Part shown: positions 1 to 13,405 of the stretch, piece after piece
How the letters are laid out: the number at the start of each line of letters is the position of its first letter
How positions within the stretch are numbered: position 1 is the stretch's first letter
Source: Amoebidium appalachense
Lineage: Eukaryota > Protista > Ichthyosporea
Length of the DNA: 64,000 nt
Assembly: GCA_963693365.1 (NCBI GenBank)
Contig: CAVNZM010000001.1
Coordinates: forward strand, 13,254,418 to 13,318,417
Reading direction: 5' to 3'
The notes under the pieces: model-generated
Told to the model about the DNA's origin: nothing
What the model saw: the letters and a program-made list of their open reading frames with translations, nothing else
Databases searched by the model: none
Made by a program: the position numbers and the translations under genes

Positions 1-285
1 GCACATGTGTGAGTGGAGGGGGGTGGGGGGGTGTTGGGACTCAACTTGGGAGTGGCTGTGTGGGGTTCGGTTGTCGTGCAATGTGTGTGTAACAGAAGTA
101 AGTGCAAGTGGATTGGACAACTGAGTGGTGGATGCCTTTGAGCAGTACAAGATCATGCCTGCATGCATACGTCGGGTGTTGGGTTGGTGGTGTGTGTGCG
201 TGTGGGGAGGGGGGGAGGGAGGGTCATCGAGTGTGCTGCCCCCCTCCCACCCCCTCCACCTCCCCCTCCTTGCCACACACACACA

Positions 286-324
<39 letters not shown>

Positions 325-382
325 ACACACGCACGCACGTACATACACACTGATCCCCCTTTGTTTTTTCTCTTTTTTTCAG

Positions 383-558
383 AACCTGGACCGGCACGAG
401 CAGGTGAGTGTGCTGCTTCGCCTGCTGGACATTAGCGAGCAGAACAAGCTTGGGCCCGCCATGGCCGTCAAGATCCTCTTCAGTCTGCTGGCTGCACGCT
501 TTGACTCGGTCCCCTCCACCGCCACACACATGGAGACGGCTCAGTGGCACAAGTACAA

Positions 559-597
<39 letters not shown>

Positions 598-2578
598 CCC
601 GCCCTTCCCCTCTTCCCCTTGGGAACATTGTCCGTTTTGTATTTCGCACTCTGCAACGTGCTTCCCCCCCCCCCCCCCCCCCCCCCCCCCTCCCTCCCTC
701 CCTCCCTCCCCAAAGAGTGTGGTTCTCCGTGTGTGTGATTGCAGGTAATACTATTAATATTACATTGATTCACTATGGCTGGCTCCTTCCCTGTAAGTGA
801 TGTTAAGGACGCGGTTTATGCCTCCAATGAGAATGCCAGCACGTGCAATTGCAGGTTGATGGCAATATTGGAGCTGGTGGGTGTTGTGCCACGGTCACAG
901 GGTGTGGGGCTGTATGGTGTTACTGGCCAGTGCTGACTTTGTTGTGTGCCTGCACAGCTGCATTGCCGATTTCCGCCGGGTTGTGGATTTGCTGAACGTC
1001 AATAACATTCTGGCTGAGCCTGCCCTCGTGGATGACGCAGAGGTACGTGCACGTGCGCACACACACACAACACGTGCGCATGTGCATGCAGAGGCGCTGC
1101 CCACAGACACATGCACAGGCACGTGCATGCGACTCTATACATGTGTACGTGCTCGTGCATGGGGGTGAAGGTTGATGCACACGTGCAGGCAGGCACAGCA
1201 GTCTATACACCTGCATTGGAATCATTGCAAACTGTGTACACTAGGCCCGTGTGTGCCACGTATGTTTTTGCAACGCGGGTCTGGGTTTGTGTTTGACACT
1301 TGAAGCTGTGCTTGCGTTTTCCGTACCCTGTGTGCATAGATGGGTGGATATGGTATGGGAGGTCAGGTGCTGAAGGTGCAGGGGGTTTGTGCGTTAGCCA
1401 GGAATGTTTTTGCAGGTGGCATGCTGTGTGAAATAGAGATTAGGGCACATGCATTGGTTGTATTTGGTGGATTCATTGACTAGATTAGTGGATTTGCATT
1501 GATTAGGTTTTGAAGCATAATTAATTCACAGGGCTGTGTTTTTATTTTGCATTTATTAGACTTTGGGGCATAATCTATCAATATAGGGATGTGTGTTATT
1601 TGCATTGATTAGGCCGTGAAGCATACTGTATTCATAGGGCTGTGTGTTATTTGCATTGATAGGGCTTTGACGCATACTTTATTCATAGGGCTGTGTTTTA
1701 TGCTGACATGTTTTTTTTTCAGGTGTTTGTTGTGACGGCGGACAAACCCCGGCTGATGGTGCAGGGTGACCTGGTGGCCTTCCTCGAGCGCATCGACGAC
1801 GAGCTCACACGCAGTCTGCAGGTGGGGGGGGGGGGGGGGGGGGGTTTATGTGTCTGTTGGTGTGGAAGGGGGGGGGGGGGTATTGTTGACAAGGAGGCAC
1901 ATACTTGCTGAAATGCTCGCTTGGAGGGGGGGGGGGAAGGGGGGGGATCTCCGGGGATTTGCTGGGTGTAGTGGAGGGGGGGGGGGGGGGGAGGGAGTGA
2001 GGGTGAAACAATATGTGGGTTGGTGAGATTTGGTAGGTGTTGCTGGCGGCATGCAGTTTCTTGTTTTTTTTTTTCCCTTTCTTTCTATTTTCTTTCCCCC
2101 TTTTCCTTCTTGTATCTAAATCACTTTTGCTTTAGTGTTTATCGCTCTGGCACTTTCTATCCTTTCTTTCCTTCATTCCTTTCCTCGTGTTCTCTTTTTC
2201 TCACCTGTGGTTGCTCGGCAGAACATCGACCCGCACACGACGGAGTATGTTGCGCGTCTGCGTGACGAGCAGGTGTTCATGGAGATGGCCAAGCTGGCCC
2301 GGGGCTACGTGGAGAAGAACCTCGACTCAAAGTCTGTGTGCCGTGTCTACATCCGCATCATCAACCACATGTACTACAAGGTGCTTGCTTGTTGTTTTTT
2401 TTTTTTATGTTTTTGTGGGGGCGGTGGGGGGTGGGAGGGAAGAGGGGGGGGGGGGGGGGGGGGGGGCACAGTGCATGTGTGGGGTGTTTGGTGGAGATGG
2501 GGAAGTTAGTGGGCAGGGGTGTGGTGCAGAGTCTGCTTGGGGGGCAATTGCGTGTGTGTGTGTGTGTGTGTGTGTTTT

Positions 2579-2609
<31 letters not shown>

Positions 2610-3640
2610 GGAAGGATTAGACCGTTGCTAACGAGGCTATGTGTTGTTGCAGAGAGACTTTGTGCTCAAGGCCGCACGGGAAGCCCAGAAAATCGCAGAG
2701 CCCACACCAGGTGTGAACTCCCTCCGTTCATCTTTCTTCCTCCTTGTCCTCCCAACAGGACCCACCCTTGTTTTGTCCCACCCAATATCCCTCGCAACAT
2801 TTTCTTCCAGTCCTTGTCTCTTTCCTTCCCCCTTTTGCAAGAGGTGGTGATGGATAGATTGCACGAGACTGTCAGTCAAATCTTGACGTTTCTCATTGTT
2901 TACATGTGTATATTCTCGCTTGCCTTGTAGTCTCGCCCCATCCACACGGCCACAGCTGTTCGCTTTGCTGTTATTGCCTTTGTTCCTGTACACTGGACAC
3001 CAACCAATGTTTGTGGTTTCGTTTCTCGCTTGCCTTGTGGTCTCGCCCCATCCACACGGCCACAGCTGTTCGCTTTGCTGTTATTGCCTTTGTTCCTGTA
3101 CCCTGGACACCAACCAATGTTTGTGGTTTCGTTCGAATCGCACATTGTGCCAGCACCCATGGCACTCACCGATGGCATGATTATTACCCTGTTCGTGGGT
3201 GTGATACACGACGCTCACACTGTTGTTTACAGAGGAGCTGGACCCCACTGGGGAGATGGTCAAGCTGTGCAAGTACCTGTACCGGGAGGACAATGCAGAG
3301 CGCATGCGCACCCAGGCCATTCTGGGCCACATCTACCACCTCGTACGTGCCTGTGCGTCCTAGCACACACACACACTGGGGAGGCTGGAGAGATGGGGGT
3401 GCCCCCTGGGGGTGTTTGGGGGAGGAGAGAGGAGGGGGGGGGGGGGGGGGGGGGGGGGGGATGGGTGAAGACTGGAAAGGGAGATAAGATCAAGGTGCAA
3501 GAGTCGGAGGATAGGACGGGTGGGTGGATCAGTGAAAAAGGTTCGGGGGGTAAGAGATGGGGAAGAAGAGGGGGGGGGGGGGGGGGGGGGGGGTTTCAAA
3601 CTGTGTGCAGTTCGTTTGTGAACATGTTGTAACGAGCGTG

Positions 3641-3723
<83 letters not shown>

Positions 3724-5061
3724 CTTGGTTATCTTTGGAAGGACCGTGGTTGGGATGGTAGATGCTGAATGGGTATAGAGGTTAGTTGGTCTGTGTGCAT
3801 GCAGTGCATGCCCTGTCAGCCGATGGCATGGGTTCTGACTAAATGTTTGCGCACAGGCGCTGCATGACCGGTGGTACGAGGGCCGGGACCTGATGCTGAT
3901 GTCCCACCTGCAAGAGAGCATCCAGCACGCAGACGTCCCCATCCAGGTACAGACACCGGTGTGAGCATTTGCAGACAAAGCAGCTTGTTATATTGAATGC
4001 GGGCCTGCATCTTGCTGTGCGTGTGTGTGAGGGAGGGGGGGGGGGGGGGGGGGGGGGGGTGGATACTGGTGGCTGTGTGCTGTTTGTGCTGACGTGTATT
4101 CTCTGTGGGCCACAGATCCAGTTCAACCGCACGATGGTGCAGCTCGGGTTCTGCGCCTTCAGGGTGGGCCGCATCCAGGAGGCACACGCCTGCCTGCTGG
4201 AGATCTACGCCACTAACCGCTCAAAGGAGCTGCTGGCTCAGGTACCGTGTGTGTGTGTGTGTGTGCGTGTGCGTGTGCGTGTGCGTGTGCGTGTGTTTTG
4301 TGTGTTTGGGGGGGGGGGGGGGGGGGGGGGGGTTGGTCTGCGTGGGGATGGCTTGGTCTTCGTTGGCATTAAAGGGGAAGACTTCACGTTTGCTTGGGTA
4401 GCCGGATGCATGGAAGGGGGGGGGGAAAGGGGGCGCGGGGGAGGTGCCAATTGGTTTATTGGGTCGCAGAGAATCCATAGAGCTTTTGAATTTGTGTCTA
4501 TGGCGGTTGGATGCTTGGCTTTACACACCTATGTCAATAGTGCTGTACGCGCACAGCAACATTTTACGCCATGCACATGCACAGCTAGCTACACGACAAT
4601 CAGCACATACACAGCTTGGTACATGTTAGCCCTTCCACAACACGCACTGCTACTAGCCCAGCACGGGATCCCCATGCCGTGCCGGTCTTTCCTACAGTGC
4701 AACAGTCACTGTGGCCCTAGCTGTCTGCCTGCCCGTAGCCTTGGGTGCCGGGTGGGCCCTAGAGCCACATACATTCACCATTGAACCTTTTCTGTGCCTG
4801 TCCTGTGCGCATCACCTGGATGTTTTTGTTGTTTTTCTGGGACACGGGTGTGTCGTTTATGCGTGCTCTTGTATGATAGACCATGGGAGCTGGAGGGAGG
4901 CAAACTTGGAACTACACGTGAGTCCCTTCTCCCTCTTCCTCTTGTTTTGACCGTGTACTCTCGCTCTTCCCTGTTCGCTCTGTGCCCGTGCCTGCTATTT
5001 CCCCCGTTCTGACAGTGTCCACACACCACCTTTTTTTTGGTCCTAACCGCGCATGTTTTCT

Positions 5062-5092
<31 letters not shown>

Positions 5093-5949
5093 TTTTTTTT
5101 TTCTTTTTCTTTCTCTTTCTCTCTGCAGGGCATCATGAACCAGCGGCACGGGGAGAAGAAGCCTGAGGAGGAGAAGATGGAGCGCAGGCGGCAGATGCCG
5201 TTCCACATGCACATCAACCTGGAGCTGCTGGAGTGCGTCTACCTGACATGCGCCTTGCTGCTCGAGGTCCCCAACATGGCCTCCATGCCCACAGACTACA
5301 AGCGCCGCGTCATCTCTAAGCCCTTCAGACGCCTGCTCGACTACTCTAACCGCGCTACTTTCACTGGTTAGCATCCCTTTCGACCTCTGTCTTTCTTTAT
5401 GTGCGGTGACCATTCAGAAGGAAGATGGCCCCGGGGGGGGGGGGGGGGGGGATCCTGATCGTGTCAGTGAAGTGAGGGGGAGGAGGCCACCGGGATAGTT
5501 GGTGGGTATGGGGTGGCTACTTACCGCTGTTTCTTGTCGTATAAGCTGCCTGTGTGTGTGCGTGTGTGTGTGTTGAAAACCACAACGTGCTGGCTGCATG
5601 GGGATGGGTAGTTGTGTGCAAGGAGAGGGGGAGAGGAGGTACATGGATGCAGTGTGCAAAGCATCATACTCATGGTTTTTACTCTGCAGGCCCGCCTGAG
5701 AACACGCGTGACCACGTGATGGCAGCTGCACGTGCGCTGATGCAGGGAGACTGGAAGAAGTGCTGCGAGCTGGTGCTGAGCCTCAAGATCTGGGCCCTGC
5801 TGACCGACCATACACGCGTCAAGGAGATGCTGGTCGCGTACGTGCCTGCTTTCCCCCCTCCCCCCGCTGCTTGTTATGCATGCTATGTTGTTGCTTTGCA
5901 CTCGAAGGTGTAACTGGGACTTTACAACACATTCCAATTCCTTCCCTTC

Positions 5950-5995
<46 letters not shown>

Positions 5996-7276
5996 GCCCA
6001 GGCCGGCAGCGTGCATGTGTCAGATCGGTGTTGTTTGCATGGCCGTGCGGGGTTGGTTTTTTTTGTCGCCCGCATGTTTGTTTTTGGGGTGTGTGGACAA
6101 TGGTGGATGTGGAAGGGGTTTGTGGCTGGCTGTGGGGGTGATTTGCTCGCGTACGTGTGTGGGTATGTATTTTTGGGTGAGGAAAGTGGTGTGCATTTGT
6201 TTCTTTCCTGCATGCACTGGTACTACACAAGTGACACGGTGCTGACTATGTGTACCTGTGCAGCAAGGTGCAGGAGGAGGCGCTGCGCACGTACATGTTC
6301 TCGTTCGGGGGCATCTACGACACCATCTCCCTCAAGGAGCTGGCCACCATGTTCGACATCCCGGAGGCCAGGGTACGCAGACATGCACACAGATACATGC
6401 TCGCTTGCTCCCTTACTCAGTCACATGCACGCATATGTGCTCGCGAGTACACACACACACCTCATCTTCCTGCCAGCATGTGCACACATCCACATGAATG
6501 CGCGCCCATTCACTGTATCCATGTTGTTCAAAAAGCATATTGGAGAGCACCCAATATACTAATTACCTTGACCTCCTTCCCCCCCCCCCCCCCCCTCCCC
6601 CCCTCCCCCGGCTTTGTCTCTGCCAGCCTGCCCACCACGCCAAACACCACACACGCGCCCACATGCATAGCGAAATCCATTTTTCACATATGCACACACA
6701 TGCACACCCCACATGCCTTCAAGCCACAATTATCTTCTCCATTCATTATTCACACGTACAAGTACATTTACTTGCACGCATGCACACGTGCGCGCGCGCG
6801 CGTACACACACACACACACACACACGTTCACTCACACGTGCTCGTTTCTTTCCCCCCTCCCCCCCACCACCACAACCGCCACCACCCACCCACCCTCCTC
6901 GCTCCCTCGCTCCCTCGCACCCCCCCCCCCCCCCCCCCCCCCCCCGTCCTCCCTCCCCCTCCCACCCACCCGCCTACAGATGCACGCTATCCTGTCCAAG
7001 ATGATGGTCAACGAGGAGCTTCAGGCCTCATGGGACCAGCCCACATCCAGCGTGGTGATGCACCGCAATGCCGAGCTCAGCCACCTGCAGCAGCTGGCCG
7101 TGCAGTTTGCTGAGAAGGGCGCCCACTTTGTCGAGACAAACGAGAGGGTGCTGGACTCGCGCACAGGCGGCTACGGCTACAAGGAGAACCAGCAGCAGAG
7201 AGGCCCCAGGCAGCCCGGCCAGCAGGGTTGGGATCCCAACAGGCCACGATTCCAGGGTCCTCCCGGTATGTCCTCT

Positions 7277-7316
<40 letters not shown>

Positions 7317-7682
7317 GAAAAAAATGCCTGGGCGAATGGAATGGTTCGATCGAAACACGTACCAAGCGCTTACATTTTTTGCTGTTGGAAGTTCTCGCAA
7401 ACATTTGCGCAGAGCACTGGGCGTGTTTCATACACCTGCCGATTAGTAAAGTTATCAGACTTGTTAAGTGCAGAAAGGGAAGGGTGTGGGTGGGTGGGTC
7501 CCTGTCACTCGCGTGTGTGCCATGCATGTGTCCCATGCATTCTGTGTCTGATCTGCCCTGAGACGGCTCACATACTGACAATATTGCTCTCTCTCCACAG
7601 GCGGACGGGGAGGCCGTGGTGGTCGGGGGGGGGCATGCGCGGTGGCTACCGTGGCAGGGGGAGGGGCGGAAACACGTATTAG
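383..7682 (+). CDS. EIF3C: Eukaryotic translation initiation factor 3 subunit C, 5'-partial (upstream exons outside window)
   Basis: GT-AG exons read by hand: 383-552, 958-1042, 1723-1821, 2222-2380, 2653-2710, 3233-3342, 3857-3946, 4116-4241, 5129-5366, 5690-5837, 6264-6372, 6980-7265, 7601-7682. They give eIF3c motifs [92 protein letters not shown] and [16 protein letters not shown] (PCI domain). The last exon has an apparent frameshift in a G run. Confidence 0.97.
1490..1700. repeat. Degenerate ~55-60 bp tandem repeat (about 4 copies) in eIF3c intron
   Basis: Recurring tgcattgattagg...gcata...attcatagggctgtgt units. Confidence 0.7.
2913..3133. repeat. ~110 bp tandem duplication in eIF3c intron
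   Basis: tctcgcttgccttgt...caaccaatgtttgtggtttcgtt occurs twice, nearly identical. Confidence 0.9.
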
Positions 7683-8778
7683 GTGGGTAGAAGCTGAACG
7701 AGGTGTGCTAGGTGGGGGGTAATGGAGCAACATGTACCGCATGTGTGGTAACAAAAGATACCATACGTTCGATAGTGGAGCAACATGTACCAGGTCAGTA
7801 GTAGTAGTAGAACAACATGTACTAGGTGGATGTTAGTGGAGACAACTGTACAGCATGTTGCAGCATGTGTGTTTGTACTTGTGGCATGTGTATGACTGAC
7901 TGTCAGTAGGCGTGTGTGTGTGTGTGTGTTGCACACAGATAAAAGCCCATTACACAACACACATGGCACTATCAACACACACAAAGCACACATACACAAA
8001 CAAACACGTACACACCTCGAACACACAACGGAACATGTTTTGATATTTTGCCTTTAAGGCACCCTATACGTATACAAGTGTCTTGTTGGCATCTAGTTTG
8101 CTTGTCTTGTTTTAATACTTATCCCCTTTTTTTTTTTTCGTTTGGTTTTTTCCTTGCATCAGTCTGGTTATCCAGCACGTCTAGGATGCTTGCACTGGCC
8201 ATGAATGTGGGTGGTTTTGGTGGGGCACCGTGTTGCTGGCAACCTGGGCCACCGTATGAGACACCAAGAAGGCCCCTATGAGTATGTGTGACCAATGAAC
8301 ATATAGATTTATCATTGCGGTGAGACCCAATATTATGCCTCCCGTTTGTCCGGGGGCTTGAGAAAAGAACCTAATCCAAATCCCCCCCCCCCCCCCCCCC
8401 CCTCTCTGGGGGCGGGCTGCGCGCCTCCACCAACCCTATCTTTTGTCACTGACAGGGCACGTGCATGTTTGGTGTCTATATTATGGACTTTGTCTCGATC
8501 ATCGTCATAAACCTTGGAATAAGAGTAGAGCTACTTACCATCAATAGGGAGAGAGGGGCACGAGTCGCAACTAGAAAGATGGCCCCCGAGGATCCCCAAA
8601 CTTATCCTGACGAAACCTTCCAATAAGAGTAGAGTAAAAGTCCAGGTGTCCCCTGGGTCCTTTGAATACCCTAGAATAAGAGTAGAGTACAATAATAATG
8701 CAACACATAGTTCATCATGCACAGACACAAAACACACAAAAAAAAGAAACAATACCACGCGACACAAATACACACAAA

Positions 8779-8810
<32 letters not shown>

Positions 8811-8971
8811 TGGCACATGATACACGTACACGACGACGCAGCTGCAGGGCATTCGACATAGACCAGGAGGGGGCAGCCACAAGTGTGCACTCGTCGAGTA
8901 TCATAGACTGTCTATGTGTGAAAGGTTAATGGATGTGTGTGTTTGCCCCACAGTACTGCCCGGCCCGGGGT

Positions 8972-9024
<53 letters not shown>

Positions 9025-9888
9025 CTCAGAATTATCCACTTACTAATTATAATTATAACCCCGCAAGACTTGCCCCCCCTCTAGAGGCCTCCCGGCCCCC
9101 CGGCCTTCCCTCATCATACCCCATCCTCCGGATCCTCCCCATACATGTACATGTACACTTGGTCCCTTCGGCCCTGATCAGGCTGGCCCTCCATCCCCCC
9201 CCCCCCTTTTAATTCTCGTTTTTAGTTCTCCGGCCATCTACATCTCAATCGTTTGTGCTTTGCAACCAGCCGTTGTCCTGTGCATATCCGGCTTATGAGT
9301 CTACAAGGGCCCCACCGTGTCGAATGTTCTCTCCGTCGATATTCGTAGCTACAGAACTTCGGTAGATATCCATTCTTCGCACAGCTATACATAGACTTTC
9401 GCTGCAAGTACACACCCATGCGTAATACTTCAGTGCCATATATGCAGAGAATGGGCCTCCATTTGAAGGTGCACGCGTTTGTAACTGTACATGTAGCACG
9501 AAGAGAGAGCAACTCGAATGACGACGACTCGGAGCAGGAGAACACCGGGTTATTGGGGGGAAAGGATATCAAGAAAAGCCTCAATATGCGGCATGGGCTA
9601 GCATTACTACATGTGTTACTCAGCTGAAAGAACGCGCCTGGTCGTCAGCACTGATGTCATATCTACCTCGACAGGATTCCAAACCCAAAGTTGTTGTTGC
9701 TGTAATGCAACTCGCCACTGGCAAGCAGGTTAGCGTCTCTGTTGAAACTACATGTTTGTGTGGTGTGCTGTGTTGAGCACTTGCAGTGCCTGTTAAATAC
9801 TGCAAATTTTGCTCCAGGATTAGGCTATCAGGTGAGGCTATCAGGTGAAATGACTACGGTGAATGTACGTCTCTCTCTCTCTCTCTCT

Positions 9889-9974
<86 letters not shown>

Positions 9975-10104
9975 CACTGGGTGTGCGTGTGTGTGTGTGT
10001 TCGTGCGTGCGTGCGTGCGTGCGTGCGCACTCGTGCGCCCGCGTGCGCGTGCATGTGTGTGTCTGCGCGCGTGTTTGTGTCCGTGCGTGTGTGCGTGTGC
10101 GCGC

Positions 10105-10193
<89 letters not shown>

Positions 10194-11465
10194 GGGGGGG
10201 GGGGGGGGGAGGGGGGGGGGGGGGGGGATGGGTGGAGAAAATTTTCACAGCCTGGAGGCCCCCATGCTATTGCTATTTCTGAATCACTTAGACCTTTTCA
10301 CTCTTGGGCTAGTAGTCACCTGGCTACAGTCAATGGACTTTTGTCAGTTGACCAAGTTAAGACTATGTGGTTGTTAGTGTATAAACCAGAGAGTAATCAG
10401 TTAAATTCTAACTAACAAAGAATCAACAGCTTGCAGGATATAATGAATACTGCCCTCCGACGGAACAGACGTGCACGTGTCGGTGTTTTTTTGCAGCGGC
10501 CAGCGCTGGGTGGCTGATCTGGCAGAGAACCAAATGTTGCACTTCATAGCCCCAAAAGGTATGTATACATATGCGGGCGACCGTAATACATAGGTTTTTG
10601 TTAAGTCAGCCTGGCTTCTTTCAGTTCTTCTGAGACCTCCTACAAGTACAGTAACTGTCAGATGATCGTGGGCACGTCATCAAGTGCTGACAGGCATGGG
10701 AACGGCTGCATGCCAGAGCCAGCCAATCAGTGCCCGGCAAGGCACTTGCACGGGAGTGTCCACCAATCAAACACCGGAGAGGAATTATGGGCGCAGGTTA
10801 GCACCCCGTAGCCAATCAGAAAGTCACAAGGAAAAGCACGATGCTCCACGTGACCAGCTGAGAATGACCGGCGAGGTTTTTGTGTGATATCTTTCCGATG
10901 AGTAAATGGGCTTAAACGGGCCACTGTCACACCCATGACTTTGAAAGTGGGAAGCATAGACAACATATTACAACCAGAACCACTAAAGTATGATGGTAAC
11001 ATAATAATCTACAGCAAGATACGATTTGTATTGTTAGAAAATTTGAAGTCTTCAACACTTGTGTCTTTATTTCGTGTGCACAGCTACAGAGGGGGGGCTG
11101 GGGGGCAAACGGTTAGGTGTTGCAGCCTGGGCCGGTAGCCAATCAAACCTTCACCACCAGGACGGCAAACGGCCAAGCCTGCACCTGTGCTGGTATAAAG
11201 GCTCTGCACGGCCTCAGTAGTGGCACTTCGGGCCAGAGAGTTGAATGCGTTGTAGAGAGTTGAGTGTAGAGTTTAGTCATAGCTAAGTTGTTTTTATAAG
11301 GCTCGAGTTGGGGTGAACGTGAGAACACAAACGAATAGTTTGAAATTTCATGCATGGACGTACACATCAAATAACACTACCGTAAATTCTGTTGTCATAT
11401 GTGCCGTGACCTTCCCTTTTTCATAAGCTAACACGGTCTTTCGTTTAGTTTTCCCCTCCACTCGT

Positions 11466-11686
11466 CGGACTAACTTGATAACTGAGGTCTACCGCCTTTC
11501 ATCATCCTGGTCAACCCTCACGTGACTTAAAGACCTGTTTATCATTCACACCCACACAGTTCGGTTCCTTTTCTTACATAAACTCTGTTTCGGACTTAAC
11601 TGAGGTCTACCGCCTTTCATTTTTATCATCCTAATCAACCATCACGTTCACTTGAAGACCAGTTTGGTCATTCACACCCACACATT
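11466..11686. repeat. ~125 bp diverged direct duplication
   Basis: aactgaggtctaccgcctttcat...tcattcacacccacaca occurs twice. Confidence 0.8.
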
Positions 11687-12534
11687 ACCGTCACATTCTC
11701 CTGCACCATGGCTGAGTCAAGTTTTGGGGATGCAGCAATAGTGGCCGATGATTCGACACGAGGTATGTAGATTCTGGCAATTTGTGAGATATTGGGAGGC
11801 TGTACGGGGAGGGGGGGGGGGGGGGGGGGGGGGGGAAGGGAGGGAGGGGGGGGGGGGGGGAAGGGAGGGAGGGAGGGGGGGGGGGAGGGGGGGGGGGGAG
11901 GCCGGCTGAATTAGGGCAGGAGGCAGTGACTCCGTCGAAAATATTGCTTCTGTGTGTGTCGGTATGTGAGTACAGGAAACGAAATGAATCACGTAGGTTG
12001 ATGATGAAAAGGGAAAGTGTAGAGAAGAGTTAAGGGTGGGAGGAAAAAGTAGTGGGGATGCTGGGGGGAAAGGTGTTGGTGAGGCTCTCTTCTCTCTCCT
12101 CTCGCTCACTCTCTCTCTCCCTCTCTCTCTCTCTCCCCCCCCCCCCCCCCCCCCCCCCTTCCCCCCTTCGGGAAGCCAGGACCTTCTTAATCGTAATTTT
12201 TTCCCTCTTTCTCGAACCCTCCTTCTCTCCATGGATCACTTTCTCACCCCCTCTTTGGAATTCTCTTCATTTAAACCCCGTTCCCTCTCCCTCCCTCCCC
12301 CCTCCATCGAGTTCTTCCCTCCCCCACTCCCCCCCCCACCCCACCCCCCTCCACCTACCCCTCTGGAACCCCTCCGCCTCTCTTCCTGTACTACACCTCT
12401 TCCTCCATATAAAAGTGTCTTGCCCCTAAACGTTCGTCTCCTTTCTCTCCGATTTCTCTTTTTCTGTTCATCCCCCCCTACTTCCCTCCCTTTCTCCCTT
12501 CCTCCCTCCTTTTTCACTCCCCCCCCCCTCCCCA

Positions 12535-12568
<34 letters not shown>

Positions 12569-12831
12569 TTCTCATTCTCTCTCCTCCCCGGCTTCGAGAG
12601 CCCTTTTCTGGCGGGGGCGCGCTGGCTGAAAGCTCTCTATTATTTAATATCCCAGTCCACTCTCTCAGCTTCCTTGATATAACTCTTCCTCTTTGCATTT
12701 TCTCTTCATTTATATCTCCCTCCTTTTTCTCTCTCTCCCTCCCTTTTCCTTTGTACCCCCCCTCCTCGCCCCCTCCTCTTCCCTATCCTCCTCCTCATCC
12801 CCCCATCCCCCCATCCCCCCCTCCCCCCTTC

Positions 12832-12865
<34 letters not shown>

Positions 12866-13052
12866 TACCCCCATCAGTCTCCCTGAAGCTTCCGGATTCT
12901 TCCTCGACTTGCCCACTCTGCTTATCCTTTTCCCCCAACTTCTTGCTGCCTGGATCCATCGTATTCGTCGGGCCTATCGCCCGTTTTGGTTTTCCGGCTT
13001 GAAGTGTGTGCGTGTGTTTGTGGGGGAGGAGGGGAGATGGGGGGGGGGGGGG

Positions 13053-13358
13053 TGTCGAACAGGATAGCCATCCGGTATGCCCTGCGTTAGCGTAGCACTA
13101 GTGATCGGGAATATTCGAGATATTCGGGATAAACTGGTGGATTGGCTCACGATAGATCAGGATAGATCTAGAAGAGTCTAGAAGATTCTATTGGAGTGTT
13201 TTGATTGGTAGCGACTAGATCCATAGCGGCGGGTAGACCAATCGGGAATAGTATGTAACATTCCAGTTAGCCAGACCACAAGTATATAAAGGTCCCGGCA
13301 GGCCAGTCAATGCAAGTCAGCAAATAATGAAGTCTCACAGAGAAACCTCTAAGTTACG
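13053..13358 (+). repeat. 5' LTR
   Basis: TGTCGAACAGG...CTAAGTTAC(G). Matches 16315-16620 except attggctcac vs ataggttcac and the terminal base. Contains TATA-like AAGTATATAAAGG (~13281). Confidence 0.95.
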
Positions 13359-13405
13359 GTTACGGACCCAGTACAACGCTACGATCAAGCGACTGTTGAG
13401 ACAAG

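Noticed and set aside
8606-8620. CTGACGAAAC (also ~19809 and CTGATGAAAC ~55473) as a hammerhead ribozyme core
   Set aside because: CUGANGA and GAAA overlap with no stem II between them, and I could not build flanking stems.
8500-8692. Repeat-spacer pattern resembling a mini CRISPR array
   Set aside because: Eukaryotic context, only three short degenerate repeats, irregular spacing, no cas genes.
9418-9627. Short ORF with IKKSLNMRHGLALL resembling an amino-acid permease N-terminus
   Set aside because: No downstream transporter exons found; similarity too short.
10690-11150. Cluster of CCAAT boxes as a promoter or solo LTR
   Set aside because: No adjacent gene start, TG...CA termini or TSD identified.
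11700-13010. Minus-strand exon-like pieces suggesting the copia sits in an intron
   Set aside because: No coherent phase-consistent model or recognisable domain.
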